Shown here in pieces: positions 30,107 to 41,710 of a stretch of DNA of 64,000 nt. Every line of letters starts with the position of its first letter. Position 1 is the stretch's first letter. The stretch is from Trueperaceae bacterium (GTDB lineage: Bacteria; Deinococcota; Deinococci; Deinococcales; Trueperaceae), in the NCBI GenBank assembly GCA_965213705.1, contig OZ243913.1:736001-800000 (forward strand). Reading direction: 5' to 3'. The position numbers were made by a program, and so were the translations under genes. Below the pieces are notes generated by a model, which worked only from the letters and a program-made list of their open reading frames with translations, was not told the DNA's origin and searched no databases.

Positions 30107-30319
30107 ATGGACGATAAATACACAACCGATTTCTTGTTCGTGCAACCGTCGTTTTTATCTGGCGCAGCTCGAACGATGGACATGTTTGGCACTTTCGACG
30201 CTTATAATACAAGCTCATCCCCCGCCGAGGCTGACGCCAGAGCCATCCAAAGTGATTGGGGAATGGTAGGTCAGGATCTCAAAAAGGCACTCGGTAAGAT
30301 CGTAGAAAACGCGAAATAG
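30107..30319 (+). CDS. Small hypothetical protein upstream of the DUF2335-like gene
   Basis: PSFLSGAARTMD...AD..AI.SDW..VG.DL pattern; low GC; alternative ATG at 30074. Confidence 0.75.
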   Translation: MDDKYTTDFLFVQPSFLSGAARTMDMFGTFDAYNTSSSPAEADARAIQSDWGMVGQDLKKALGKIVENAK

Positions 30320-30325
30320 CTTGCG

Positions 30326-30799
30326 GTGGGTAGAAAATCACGTAGCAAGCGGCAATCTGTAGCAAAACAAAAGCGTTCCGCTGAGATAGAAAGACCATCT
30401 CAGGGAACGCTTCCTTTTGAGGATAGGCAAAGCGGTACTATAATGACAGCTGAGTATTTTGCGGGGCCTTTTCCTCACCCTGACTTGATGGAACGATACG
30501 AAGAGGTAGTGCCTGGTTTGCCTCAAGTCATGGTTCAAACATACAAAAATCAGAATGCGCACCGACTAAAAATGGAAAACAAGGTTTTAAATCACAATGT
30601 TATCCAATCATATATAGGCCAGTTTTCAGCTTTTGTTGTGACTATGTTTGCGCTGTACTTGTCCTACCTCCTTGTGTCGAATGAGTTTGATGTTGGCGGT
30701 TTTGTGCTCGCCATCGGTGCGTTAGCAACTTTGGCAGGGGTATTTTTTATAGGACGAAAACGGCAGGAAAAGGAACGGCAAACCAAGGATGAAAGATAG
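30326..30799 (+). CDS. DUF2335-like two-TM membrane protein
   Basis: FAGPFPHPDLMERYEEVVPG...HR..ME followed by two TMs; low GC. Confidence 0.8.
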   Translation: MGRKSRSKRQSVAKQKRSAEIERPSQGTLPFEDRQSGTIMTAEYFAGPFPHPDLMERYEEVVPGLPQVMVQTYKNQNAHRLKMENKVLNHNVIQSYIGQFSAFVVTMFALYLSYLLVSNEFDVGGFVLAIGALATLAGVFFIGRKRQEKERQTKDER

Positions 30800-30945
30800 C
30801 CGAGTTTTAGAATTCTAAAACTCGGTTCCGGTGACATGTTTGGTTGGATGGTTGTACCCAAACCTCACCAAACGTGCCTAACCTGTACCGCGAACGACGG
30901 TCATTCTTCAGCCCCACCGTTAAGGTTTGAGGCTGGAGGCTTTGA

Positions 30946-31914
30946 ATGAACTACCGCAGACTCGGCAACACCGGCATGAAAATAAGCGAGGTCAGTTTGG
31001 GCGCTTGGACGACCTACGGGGGCAGCGTTCAGGACAAGAAACTCATCACGCAAATCGTTGAAAAAGCGCTCGAGACCGGCGTCAACTTTTTCGACAACGC
31101 CGACGCTTACGCGAGGGGCAAGGGCGAAAGCTACATGGGCGAGGTGTTTAAAGACATCGGGGCGGAGCGGCGTCACTTGGTCTTATCGACCAAAGTCTAC
31201 TGGCCCTTCTCCGACGACGACCCGAACGACCGGGGCTTGAGCCGCAAGCACGTTTTAGAAAGCATCGACGGCTCCCTGGAGCGCATGGGCACCGACTACG
31301 TCGACATTTACTTCGCCCACCGCTACGACGAAGAGACGACGATGGAGGAAATCGTCGAGGTGTTCAGCGACGTGGTCAAGTCGGGCCGTGCGCACTACTG
31401 GGGAACGTCCGAGTGGAGCGCGGCACAGATTGCCGAGGCGTACACCTACGCCAAGGCGAACGGCCTCGTCGCGCCGGTCACCGAGCAGCCGCAGTACTCG
31501 ATGCTCTACCGCGAGCGCGTCGAGGAGCAAATCTTGCCCGTCACCGAGCCCAAGGGCATCGGACTCGTCGTGTGGAGCCCGCTGGCGATGGGGATGCTCA
31601 CCGGCAAGTACGACGACGGCGTGCCAGACGACAGCCGCTTTGGGCAAAACGACCAGTTCGGGAAACGCTTTTTGACCGACGAGAACGGCCAAAAGGTCAA
31701 AGAGTTGAAAAAGATTGCCGATGACTTGGGCGTAACACGGGCGCAACTCGCGCTGGCCTGGGTGCTGCGGCAGGGGGGCGTCTCGAGCGTCATCACCGGC
31801 GCGACCAAGGTGAGCCAGTTGGAAGACAACGTCAAGGCTGCCGAGGTCGAGTTGAGTCAGGAACACCTGGACCAAATCGACGGCATCTTGGGCAACAAAC
31901 CTGAAGAGGAGTGA
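30946..31914 (+). CDS. Aldo/keto reductase (Kv-beta-like)
   Basis: FFDNADAY, STK, GLSRKH, YWGTSEW, WSPLAMG. Confidence 0.93.
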   Translation: MNYRRLGNTGMKISEVSLGAWTTYGGSVQDKKLITQIVEKALETGVNFFDNADAYARGKGESYMGEVFKDIGAERRHLVLSTKVYWPFSDDDPNDRGLSRKHVLESIDGSLERMGTDYVDIYFAHRYDEETTMEEIVEVFSDVVKSGRAHYWGTSEWSAAQIAEAYTYAKANGLVAPVTEQPQYSMLYRERVEEQILPVTEPKGIGLVVWSPLAMGMLTGKYDDGVPDDSRFGQNDQFGKRFLTDENGQKVKELKKIADDLGVTRAQLALAWVLRQGGVSSVITGATKVSQLEDNVKAAEVELSQEHLDQIDGILGNKPEEE

Positions 31915-31930
31915 CCCGGGCTTAACCTCG

Positions 31931-31980
31931 CCCTCACGCTCCCCTTCTAGGGGAGCTGTCTCGCAGAGACTGAGGGGTCT
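31931..31980. repeat. REP-like double-hairpin element, copy 1
   Basis: GCTCCCCT-TCT-AGGGGAGC, GTCTC-GCA-GAGAC, GGGGTCT; related to 43191-43234. Confidence 0.6.
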
Positions 31981-32015
31981 GGGGTCCGCGCAAGCCGACG
32001 AAGCGTCCCAAACCC

Positions 32016-32054
32016 AAAAAACCAGGCCGAGTTCGAAATGAACTCGGCCTGGTT
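32016..32054 (-). terminator. Intrinsic terminator of lon
   Basis: 15-bp perfect stem AACCAGGCCGAGTTC/GAACTCGGCCTGGTT with A-tract. Confidence 0.85.
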
Positions 32055-32069
32055 ATCCTCAGGGCTAGT

Positions 32070-34514
<2,445 letters not shown>

Positions 34515-34578
34515 CTTTGCCTCCTGGTCTTACTAAAGGCCGGTTTTACAAGAAAAGGATGAAAGCTGGCTCTAAAAA

Positions 34579-34599
34579 TCTTAGTCTCCATGTATCAAG
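34579..34599. promoter_or_regulatory. Possible HspR (HAIR-like) operator at lon promoter
   Basis: TCTTAGT-N7-TATCAAG versus consensus CTTGAGT-N7-ACTCAAG; overlaps minus-strand TAAACT. Confidence 0.4.
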
Positions 34600-34983
34600 T
34601 TTAGCTCGAGCTTGGGATGCCGCCGGGAGCTGGCTTACATACCTCAGCTTAGGCCCCTGGGGCGGAAAAAGCGGTAAGAAAGCTGACGATGGCGGTTTCA
34701 GTTCCGAAGATTCAACCCTCCCAAGACTCGAACCGCTTAGCCTTCGGCTCGGTGCGTGGCGGGTTTGCTGTCGGCGTTTCCAACTCTCCACCGCACCCTT
34801 CTCTTTTGAAAGTTGACGACTGTAAGTGGCAGCCTCGCTGGCGGTAGCTGAAACACTTTGTTCGGCTTCGCCTTACCCCGGGTAGGTCACACGAGTTCTG
34901 TGTTGTGCCGCACCTCGGGGTATAACATGTCAGATGACATCAGACGGCGGAACCAACAAACTAAGCCCCGAGGGACGTGAACA

Positions 34984-35760
34984 GTGCAAACTCTAGCAGA
35001 CGAATGGAAAGAAGCCGGTGTTCAAGAAGGAGACGTTCTTCTTGTACACAGCAGCATCAAAAGGACGTTCAGGCGCTACCTCAAAACGGCTGCCATAACA
35101 CCTCGAGCCATTTTGGAATCGTTTCTGAGCGCTGTCGGGCCGTCAGGGACTTTACTGTTGCCGCTGTTCAATTTCGACTTTACCAAAGGCGTTTCATTCG
35201 ATATTCGAAGCACGCCTTCCCATATGGGAGCACTTACAGAGGCGGGCAGGACGCACCCCCTGGCGGTCAGAACCGGCCATCCCATTTACTCGTTTGCGGC
35301 AATCGGGTTTGCCGCCGAAGAATTCAGGGGAGTAGACAACTTCAGCGGCTACGGAAGCGATTCGCCGTTCGCCCTGCTCCGAAGGATGAACGGGAAAATA
35401 GCCGTTTTAGACCTTCCCGAGCAAAACAGCATGACCTTTTATCATCATGTGGAAGAAATGCACGGGGTAGATTACCGCTACCCTAAAAACTTTACCGCCG
35501 ACTATACCGATGAGGCAGGCGTGACGCGTTCAAAAACCTACGGGTTGTTTGTTCGAAACGTCGAAAGGGGGATTTTGACCCATGTGAATCCGGCAGGAGA
35601 ACTGATGTGGGCAAAAGGTCTGTATTCCGGCTGTAGGCCCAACGAAGGGTCCGGCCTGAGAACCGTTTCGGCTCAACAAATGTACGACTTCACTTCTGAA
35701 ATCATCACGTCCGGCAAAGCCAAAAACATTCTTTACCGCGTTGAAGGTGAAAATGCTTAG
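34984..35760 (+). CDS. AAC(3)/Antibiotic_NAT family N-acyltransferase
   Basis: LLVHSS, GTLLLP.F, MGALTE, HPIYSF, TFYHHVEE; lower GC. Confidence 0.88.
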   Translation: MQTLADEWKEAGVQEGDVLLVHSSIKRTFRRYLKTAAITPRAILESFLSAVGPSGTLLLPLFNFDFTKGVSFDIRSTPSHMGALTEAGRTHPLAVRTGHPIYSFAAIGFAAEEFRGVDNFSGYGSDSPFALLRRMNGKIAVLDLPEQNSMTFYHHVEEMHGVDYRYPKNFTADYTDEAGVTRSKTYGLFVRNVERGILTHVNPAGELMWAKGLYSGCRPNEGSGLRTVSAQQMYDFTSEIITSGKAKNILYRVEGENA

Positions 35761-37054
35761 TTTGGGCGAAGAAATGCACGAGCTGTGCCGGGAACTTTTT
35801 CCTATCTGTCGCAGCTTAACGGGTAACGGCTTTCGTCAGTCGTTGGCAATTTTAGGGCAACACCTTCCAGAGCTGAGAAAAGTAGAAGTGCCTACCGGAA
35901 CCAAGTGCTTCGATTGGGAAGTGCCGAGAGAATGGAACATCAAAGACGCCTACATAACGGGTCCGGACGGAAAAAAAATTTGTGACTTCAAACGGTCAAA
36001 CTTGCATGTGGTAGGTTACTCCACGCCGGTCAACAAGACAGTCTCTCTCGACGAGTTGCAAGAACATCTGTATTCTCTTCCGGAACAACCTGATGCCATT
36101 CCTTACGTGACTTCGTACTACAAGGAACGCTGGGGTTTTTGCATCACTCAGAACGAAAGAGCCAGGTTGGCGTCAGGTGAGTACCGAGTGTTTATCGACA
36201 GTGAACTAAAGAACGGCTCTCTCACCTACGGAGAGTTGATCATCCCGGGAAGTTTGGAAAAAGAAGTGTTTATGTCGAGCTATCTTTGCCATCCTTCGTT
36301 GGCAAACAATGAGCTTTCCGGCCCGGTTGTTACAACCTTTCTTGCGAAGTGGCTTGCAGAAATCAAAAACCGAAAATACACCTACCGCATCGTTATCATT
36401 CCGGAAACGATTGGCTCCATTGCCTACCTGAGCGAAAACTACAAAGAAATGAAAAGAAACGTGGTTGCCGGTTTTAATATCACCTGCGTCGGGGACGAGC
36501 GAGCTTACTCCTACCTGCCGTCACGTCGCGGCAATACTTTGGCGGACAAAGTGGCTTTACACGTGTTGAAGCACATGCATCCCGACTTTGTGCCCTATAC
36601 GTTTTTAGACAGAGGAAGCGACGAACGCCAGTACTGCAGCCCAGGAATAGACCTGCCTGTTTGTTCGTTGATGCGTACCAAGTACGGGTGTTACCCTGAG
36701 TATCATACCTCCTTGGACGACCTGAACCTCGTCACACCGGCAGGGTTGCTCGGGGGTTACGAAGTGCTGAAAAAAGCCATCGAATGTCTTGAATTTGACG
36801 AACACCTACGTTCTACAGTTCTTTGTGAACCGCAACTCGGCAAAAGAGGCTTGTACCCGACCATCAGCACCAAGGACAGCGGTAGTAAGGTAAGAGACAT
36901 GATGAACTTTCTGGCTTACTCTGACGGTTGTCTGAGCAGCCTCGACATCGCGGAAAAGATAAACGCACCCCTGTGGAAACTCCAGGACACCCTTAAGAAG
37001 TTAAAAAAAGAAAAGGTGCTCGAGTTGGTGGAAACGCCGCCACAAGGCGTCTGA
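35753..37054 (+). CDS. DUF4910 aminopeptidase-like protein
   Basis: LFPICRSLTG.G, YVTSYY, CHPSLANNELSG, GSDERQY, YHTSLD, EPQLGKRGLYP. Confidence 0.88.
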   Translation: MLSLGEEMHELCRELFPICRSLTGNGFRQSLAILGQHLPELRKVEVPTGTKCFDWEVPREWNIKDAYITGPDGKKICDFKRSNLHVVGYSTPVNKTVSLDELQEHLYSLPEQPDAIPYVTSYYKERWGFCITQNERARLASGEYRVFIDSELKNGSLTYGELIIPGSLEKEVFMSSYLCHPSLANNELSGPVVTTFLAKWLAEIKNRKYTYRIVIIPETIGSIAYLSENYKEMKRNVVAGFNITCVGDERAYSYLPSRRGNTLADKVALHVLKHMHPDFVPYTFLDRGSDERQYCSPGIDLPVCSLMRTKYGCYPEYHTSLDDLNLVTPAGLLGGYEVLKKAIECLEFDEHLRSTVLCEPQLGKRGLYPTISTKDSGSKVRDMMNFLAYSDGCLSSLDIAEKINAPLWKLQDTLKKLKKEKVLELVETPPQGV

Positions 37055-37280
37055 CACCAAAGTACCGTTTTAAACCACGTTGCTCAAAAACGCTCGCGAG
37101 TGCGTACCTTGCGAGGTCGTTCGTTTGGGACACGCGAGCAGTTTGGTTCGACAGAACACTCCACCGGAAGGCCAGGCCGATTTGTCTGCACGCCGGGGCA
37201 GGGTCGGGCGGCAACAGGTCAAGAGATGCTTGAAAAGCACTTTAAAGACGACACGACAAAATTCTGTGGACGGCCCCGAC

Positions 37281-37760
37281 TCAGCTTTTCAACACCAGCA
37301 ACACCATCGCTCTGGCCTGAACGTGCTCGGGTGCTAACCCCTCGCTCGTCTTGAAAGTGAGGCCTACGCAGGACTCCGGCAGCTCGAGCAAAGCCGCCAC
37401 CCGTTGCACGATCGCCCCGCGGTACGCGCCCAGCTTGGGCCGGTCGAGCGTCACCACGGCGGCCAAGTTCACCAGTTGCACCGTCGGCGCACGTTCTCTG
37501 AGCACGTCCAGAACTTTCCGCACAATCTCCGCGCTGTCCAGGTTTTCGAACTCCGGATTCGACGGCGGAAAGTAGCTGCCGATGTCGCCGAGCGCGTGAC
37601 TGGAGAGCAGCGCGTCGGCGAGCGCGTGTAACAGCGCGTCGCCGTCGCTGTGCGCGACCGCGCCCAGGGGACTCTCGGGAATCGTCACGTTGCCGATGAC
37701 GAGCGGCCGCCCCGCCGCAAGCGCGTGGGCGTCCTCGCCGTAACCGATGCGAAGGTTCAC
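37281..37760 (-). CDS. ispF: 2-C-methyl-D-erythritol 2,4-cyclodiphosphate synthase
   Basis: [25 protein letters not shown]. Confidence 0.95.
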   Translation of the reverse strand: MNLRIGYGEDAHALAAGRPLVIGNVTIPESPLGAVAHSDGDALLHALADALLSSHALGDIGSYFPPSNPEFENLDSAEIVRKVLDVLRERAPTVQLVNLAAVVTLDRPKLGAYRGAIVQRVAALLELPESCVGLTFKTSEGLAPEHVQARAMVLLVLKS

Positions 37761-37800
37761 AACCTAGACCCAGCGTTCTCGAGCCGAGGAAACGGGGAGG

Positions 37801-37843
37801 AGTTTTTCACTTTCGGCTTTCCACTCGGTACTCGGTACTTTTT
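37801..37843 (-). repeat. AGTACCG heptamer repeat family, minus-strand copy
   Basis: Reverse complement AAAAAGTACCGAGTACCGAGTGGAAAGCCGAAAGTGAAAAACT just after a stop codon. Confidence 0.75.
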
Positions 37844-37853
37844 ACCCGGTCCT

Positions 37854-38636
37854 TCAAAACAGCGGCGCGCTCGAGGCGACCGTTTCAGCCTCTTCCACGC
37901 GGTCCAGCCGGAAGGTGCGCTCCTCTTTGCGCAGGTGGCAGTAGGCGCGAATGTAAACGCCGTCGAACCCGTGCACGTCGACGAGGCGTTCTTTGGCTCC
38001 GTAAAACATCTTCACGCTTTCTTTGCGCTGCGCCGCCGTCTTGAACAGCTTAGTAAAAGGACTCTCGGCAAAGCTCATCGGAATAAGCCCGCGTTTTGCG
38101 CCCTTTTGGTACAGGAGGTGGCCGTTTTTGCGCGCGTACTCGTAGAGGTCGCGGGTCAGCTTGACGTCTTCCAAACAATAACGCTCGAGCCGCGTCCAGT
38201 CGCCCGCGCGGTAGTACTCGAGGGCGTCCAGACCCGACCCCAGCTTCGAAGCGCCGAGGGTCGTCTTGGCGAGCGCGTTCAAGCTCACGCGCTGCTTGAT
38301 GCCCTTTTGCACCTCGACCATCAGGTCCAGGGTGGGCAGGTCGCGCACCCAGTCGCCGAGTTCAGCTGCCAGCACCGGCCAGTCGAAGTCGATGAGGTTG
38401 AAGCCGACGACGGTTTCAGCCCGTTCGAGCAGCGCCGCCAGGGCGCCGAAGTCTGCTTCACGAAACGTTGCGAACTTGTCTTCAAGGTAGTCGTACACGC
38501 CGACGACGCTCACCCCGAGCTGCGCTTTGTTGGCCGCGCCGCCGACCTCGTCAAACGATTTGCGGGTTTCCAAGTCGAGGACGAGTTTGGGTGCGCCGCT
38601 GCTGGACGGGGCCGCATCAGTAGGGACAGTGTTCAC
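37854..38636 (-). CDS. DEDDy (RNase_H_2/YprB-like) exonuclease fused to C-terminal WYL domain
   Basis: DLET, GFNLIDFD, YCLED; C-terminal YIRAYCHLRKEERTFRLDRV; GTG overlaps suhB stop. Confidence 0.82.
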   Translation of the reverse strand: MNTVPTDAAPSSSGAPKLVLDLETRKSFDEVGGAANKAQLGVSVVGVYDYLEDKFATFREADFGALAALLERAETVVGFNLIDFDWPVLAAELGDWVRDLPTLDLMVEVQKGIKQRVSLNALAKTTLGASKLGSGLDALEYYRAGDWTRLERYCLEDVKLTRDLYEYARKNGHLLYQKGAKRGLIPMSFAESPFTKLFKTAAQRKESVKMFYGAKERLVDVHGFDGVYIRAYCHLRKEERTFRLDRVEEAETVASSAPLF

Positions 38637-39430
38637 GCCAACACCTCCCCCAAGCCCATCAAAGCCACGAGTTTCATGTGCAGGTGGCCGTTGCTCGCCA
38701 CCAGCACGCGGTCGCCCAGACTGTAAGGCTCGCCCGCCGCCCCGGTGACGGTGCCGCCCGCCTCCTGAACGAGCAGCATTCCGGCGGCTGCGTCCCAGGG
38801 TTTGAGCCCGAGTTCCCAAAAACCGTCCAGGCGGCCGCAGGCAACGTAAGACAAGTCGAGCGCCGCCGCGCCGGGGCGGCGCACCGAGCGAACCCGTTCG
38901 TGAACCCGCGCGAACACTTCGATGTTCGCCCTGATGGTGTCCTTGTGGTAAGCGAAACCCGTGGCGACCAGCGCGTCGATGAGTTCGGTCTTGCGCGTTA
39001 CCTCTACGGGCACACCGTTCAAAAAAGCGCCACCGCCCTTGACGGCCGTAAACAGCTCGCCGCGCACGCCGTCCAAAACGACGCCCACTTCCATCACGCC
39101 GTCCAGCTCGAGGCCAATAGACACACAGTAAAACGGGAAACCCTGCGCGTAGTTGGTGGTGCCGTCGACGGGGTCGACAATCCAGCGGTAGCGCGACTCG
39201 CCGCCCGGCTGCCCCTCTTCCTCGCCCAAGACGACGTGGTCGGGATACGCGCCGAGCAAGACGTCCCTGATTTTCGCTTCGCACAGTTTGTCGACCTTGG
39301 TGACGAGGTCGGTGTCGCCGCTTTTGGTGGTTATCTCCAAATCGCCACCGACATAAAACTGTTGCAGTTTGGCCGCGGCTTGCGCGGCGCGAATCGCAGT
39401 CGACAAAAGGGGTCGTTGGTCGTTCGTCAT
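38633..39430 (-). CDS. suhB: Inositol monophosphatase family protein
   Basis: DLVT, GEE, WIVDPVDGTTNY, WDAAAG. Confidence 0.92.
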   Translation of the reverse strand: MTNDQRPLLSTAIRAAQAAAKLQQFYVGGDLEITTKSGDTDLVTKVDKLCEAKIRDVLLGAYPDHVVLGEEEGQPGGESRYRWIVDPVDGTTNYAQGFPFYCVSIGLELDGVMEVGVVLDGVRGELFTAVKGGGAFLNGVPVEVTRKTELIDALVATGFAYHKDTIRANIEVFARVHERVRSVRRPGAAALDLSYVACGRLDGFWELGLKPWDAAAGMLLVQEAGGTVTGAAGEPYSLGDRVLVASNGHLHMKLVALMGLGEVLA

Positions 39431-39592
39431 GGGGTCACTATAACGTTTAGCAGGTTGCAGCTGGGGCGTGTCGGTCTTCAAACCCCGTTTCTCACGTGAG
39501 GGAGCTTTTATAGCGCCGGTTGCAGAGATTTTCTAAACTTCCGACAGCTTCGTGGCGACCCCGCGACAGCACTTTAAGCCGAGGGGAGAAAC

Positions 39593-40126
39593 GTGTTCTA
39601 CAAAGTCAAGCTTTTGAGTATGCTGCTGCTTTTGAGCGTTTTGGCCGCTTGTGCGCCCGCTGCCAAGGGCGGGTCTGTGCAGTCCGCCCTCAACCTGGGC
39701 GACCAGACCGCGTTCGACGTCACGGCAGGCAATACCTGGTACTTTTCGCGTACCTATCCCGCGAGCTATTTCGACCTGGAGTTGGGGGATATTCCGGACA
39801 AGGCCTTTGGGAGTGGCAGTGTGGGAAGCGTTTACCGTCAGCCGGCTACCAAACACTTCAAGTTAGAGACCACGGGGTTGCCCGAAAGCTGGACCGTAAA
39901 GTTGCAGTCCGCGCAAGGAACTCAAATCCTGACCGACGTTGCCAGGACGGACCGGCGCACGAGCCTTAAGTGGCTCGAGACGGTCACCCTCTACTTCGCC
40001 GTGACCATCCCGCAGGACACGACGCCCAACAGGTACACGGGCCTCATGACGGTGACCTCGGACAAAAACGAGGTCGGCGTTCTACCCCTGACGCTCAAGG
40101 TCGGAGCTTTGAGCGCGGGCAACTGA
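39593..40126 (+). CDS. Hypothetical lipoprotein
   Basis: LAAC lipobox, GGGGAG RBS. Confidence 0.75.
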   Translation: MFYKVKLLSMLLLLSVLAACAPAAKGGSVQSALNLGDQTAFDVTAGNTWYFSRTYPASYFDLELGDIPDKAFGSGSVGSVYRQPATKHFKLETTGLPESWTVKLQSAQGTQILTDVARTDRRTSLKWLETVTLYFAVTIPQDTTPNRYTGLMTVTSDKNEVGVLPLTLKVGALSAGN

Positions 40127-40127
40127 C

Positions 40128-41531
40128 TCAGTCGCCACTTTCGACCGGCACTTTTTTTCCCGGCGCGCTTGCCGGCGCGACCAGCCTGCCGGTGTGGTCG
40201 GCAACCTCTGCGGGCGACGGGCGCATGAACGTAATCAGCCGCACGTGCCGGTCGAAGGTGAAGTAGTTGTAAGCCCAGTTGGCGAGAGCGTTGAAGCGGT
40301 TTTGGTGGCCGGGTAAGTATATAAGATGGATAAACAGCCAAGCCAACCAGCCTAAAAAGCCGCGCAGTTTGAGACCCAAAAACGCTTTCGAGAGTTCGGC
40401 GACGCCCGCGTTGCGCCCGATAATCGCCATGATGCCCTTGTCGAAGTAGCGAAAAGGTTCTCGCTTGGTCCGGCTCAGGTCGGCGAGAATTTGCTTGGCG
40501 GCGTGCTTGCCGCCCTGGATGGCGACTTGGGCAACCTGCGGGTACATGTTGCCTTCGGCGTCTTTTGCGCCCGACATGTCGCCCGCGACAAACACGTTCG
40601 GATGGTCGGGCAGGCTCAGGTCTTCGTTGACCTTGACGCGGTAGCCCTTGTCGAGTTCCAGACCCAGCGTGTCGACCAACGGACTCGCGCGGATACCTGC
40701 GGCCCACAGGAGGGTTTCGGTGGGGATGGTTTCGCCGCTTTTCAGCTCGACCTCGTGAGCACGCACTTCGGCCACAGTCGTGTTGAGGCGAACGTGGACG
40801 CCGCGCCGCCGCAACACGTTTTCGGTGTACTTTTGCGAGCGTTCGCCGTAGGGGCCGAGCACCTTGTCGGTCATCTCGAGCAAAATCACCTTGGCCTTGG
40901 ACAAGTCCAGGTCGGGATAGTCGCTCTTCAGCGCGTGGTCGAACAGTTCGACCAGGGCCCCGGCCAGCTCCACGCCGGTCGGCCCCGCCCCGACGATGAC
41001 GAAGTTGAGAACATCTCGCTCGAGCAGTTCCGGGTGTGCGCTCGCTCGCTCGAACCGCGCCAGCACGTGCGCGCGGATGTTGGCCGCTTCGGTCAAGCTC
41101 TTGAGCATAAAACTGTGTTCGATGACGCCCGGCACCCCGAAGTCGTTGTAAACCGCGCCGACCCCCAAAATGAGGTAGTCGTAGCGGAGGTGTTCGCCGT
41201 CTGCCAGGGCGACGGTTTGTTCAGCCCGGTCAACCCCGACGACCGTGCCCTGCCGAAAGCTGAAGTTGCTTTGTTTGCGGAACACGTCACGGACCTGTTG
41301 GGCAACGTCGCCGACTTCCAGCCCGGCGGTCGCCACCTGGTAGAGCAGGGGTTGAAAGGTGTGATAGTTGTTTTGGTCGACCAGCAACACCTCGACCGCC
41401 GCGTTTTTGAGCGCCTTGGTCGCGTAAAGCCCTACAAAACCCGCACCTATTATCAGAACCCTGGGTTTCGCCTTCACCTTCAACCTCCGAATCGACCCCG
41501 CTTGCGTGTCGGCAAAACCGACATTCTCCAC
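40128..41531 (-). CDS. ndh: Type II NADH dehydrogenase
   Basis: Two GxG motifs, FQPLLYQVAT, GPTGVELAG, AGD, WLFIH. Confidence 0.9.
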   Translation of the reverse strand: MENVGFADTQAGSIRRLKVKAKPRVLIIGAGFVGLYATKALKNAAVEVLLVDQNNYHTFQPLLYQVATAGLEVGDVAQQVRDVFRKQSNFSFRQGTVVGVDRAEQTVALADGEHLRYDYLILGVGAVYNDFGVPGVIEHSFMLKSLTEAANIRAHVLARFERASAHPELLERDVLNFVIVGAGPTGVELAGALVELFDHALKSDYPDLDLSKAKVILLEMTDKVLGPYGERSQKYTENVLRRRGVHVRLNTTVAEVRAHEVELKSGETIPTETLLWAAGIRASPLVDTLGLELDKGYRVKVNEDLSLPDHPNVFVAGDMSGAKDAEGNMYPQVAQVAIQGGKHAAKQILADLSRTKREPFRYFDKGIMAIIGRNAGVAELSKAFLGLKLRGFLGWLAWLFIHLIYLPGHQNRFNALANWAYNYFTFDRHVRLITFMRPSPAEVADHTGRLVAPASAPGKKVPVESGD

Positions 41532-41710
41532 TTGTGAAAAATAGTATTTAGCCTTTGTCGAGGTTTGTGTGTAGCGTCTGGCACAGAATCTTATAGACCC
41601 GTTTCAGGTTTTCAGGAGCCCTAAGCCCGGTAGCGTCAGGCCGAACGGGTCGTCTACAGACTCTCTACAAAACCGCTCACAAAAGAGCATAATGGTTGCG
41701 AGATGGGCGA

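Noticed and set aside
34984..35760. Bona fide aminoglycoside resistance gene
   Set aside because: Coupling to DUF4910 points to glycan modification; family membership alone does not show resistance.
38637..39284. N-terminal 216 aa of the 476-aa ORF 37854..39284
   Set aside because: Off-frame overlap with suhB, Arg/Gly-rich; the true start is GTG at 38636.
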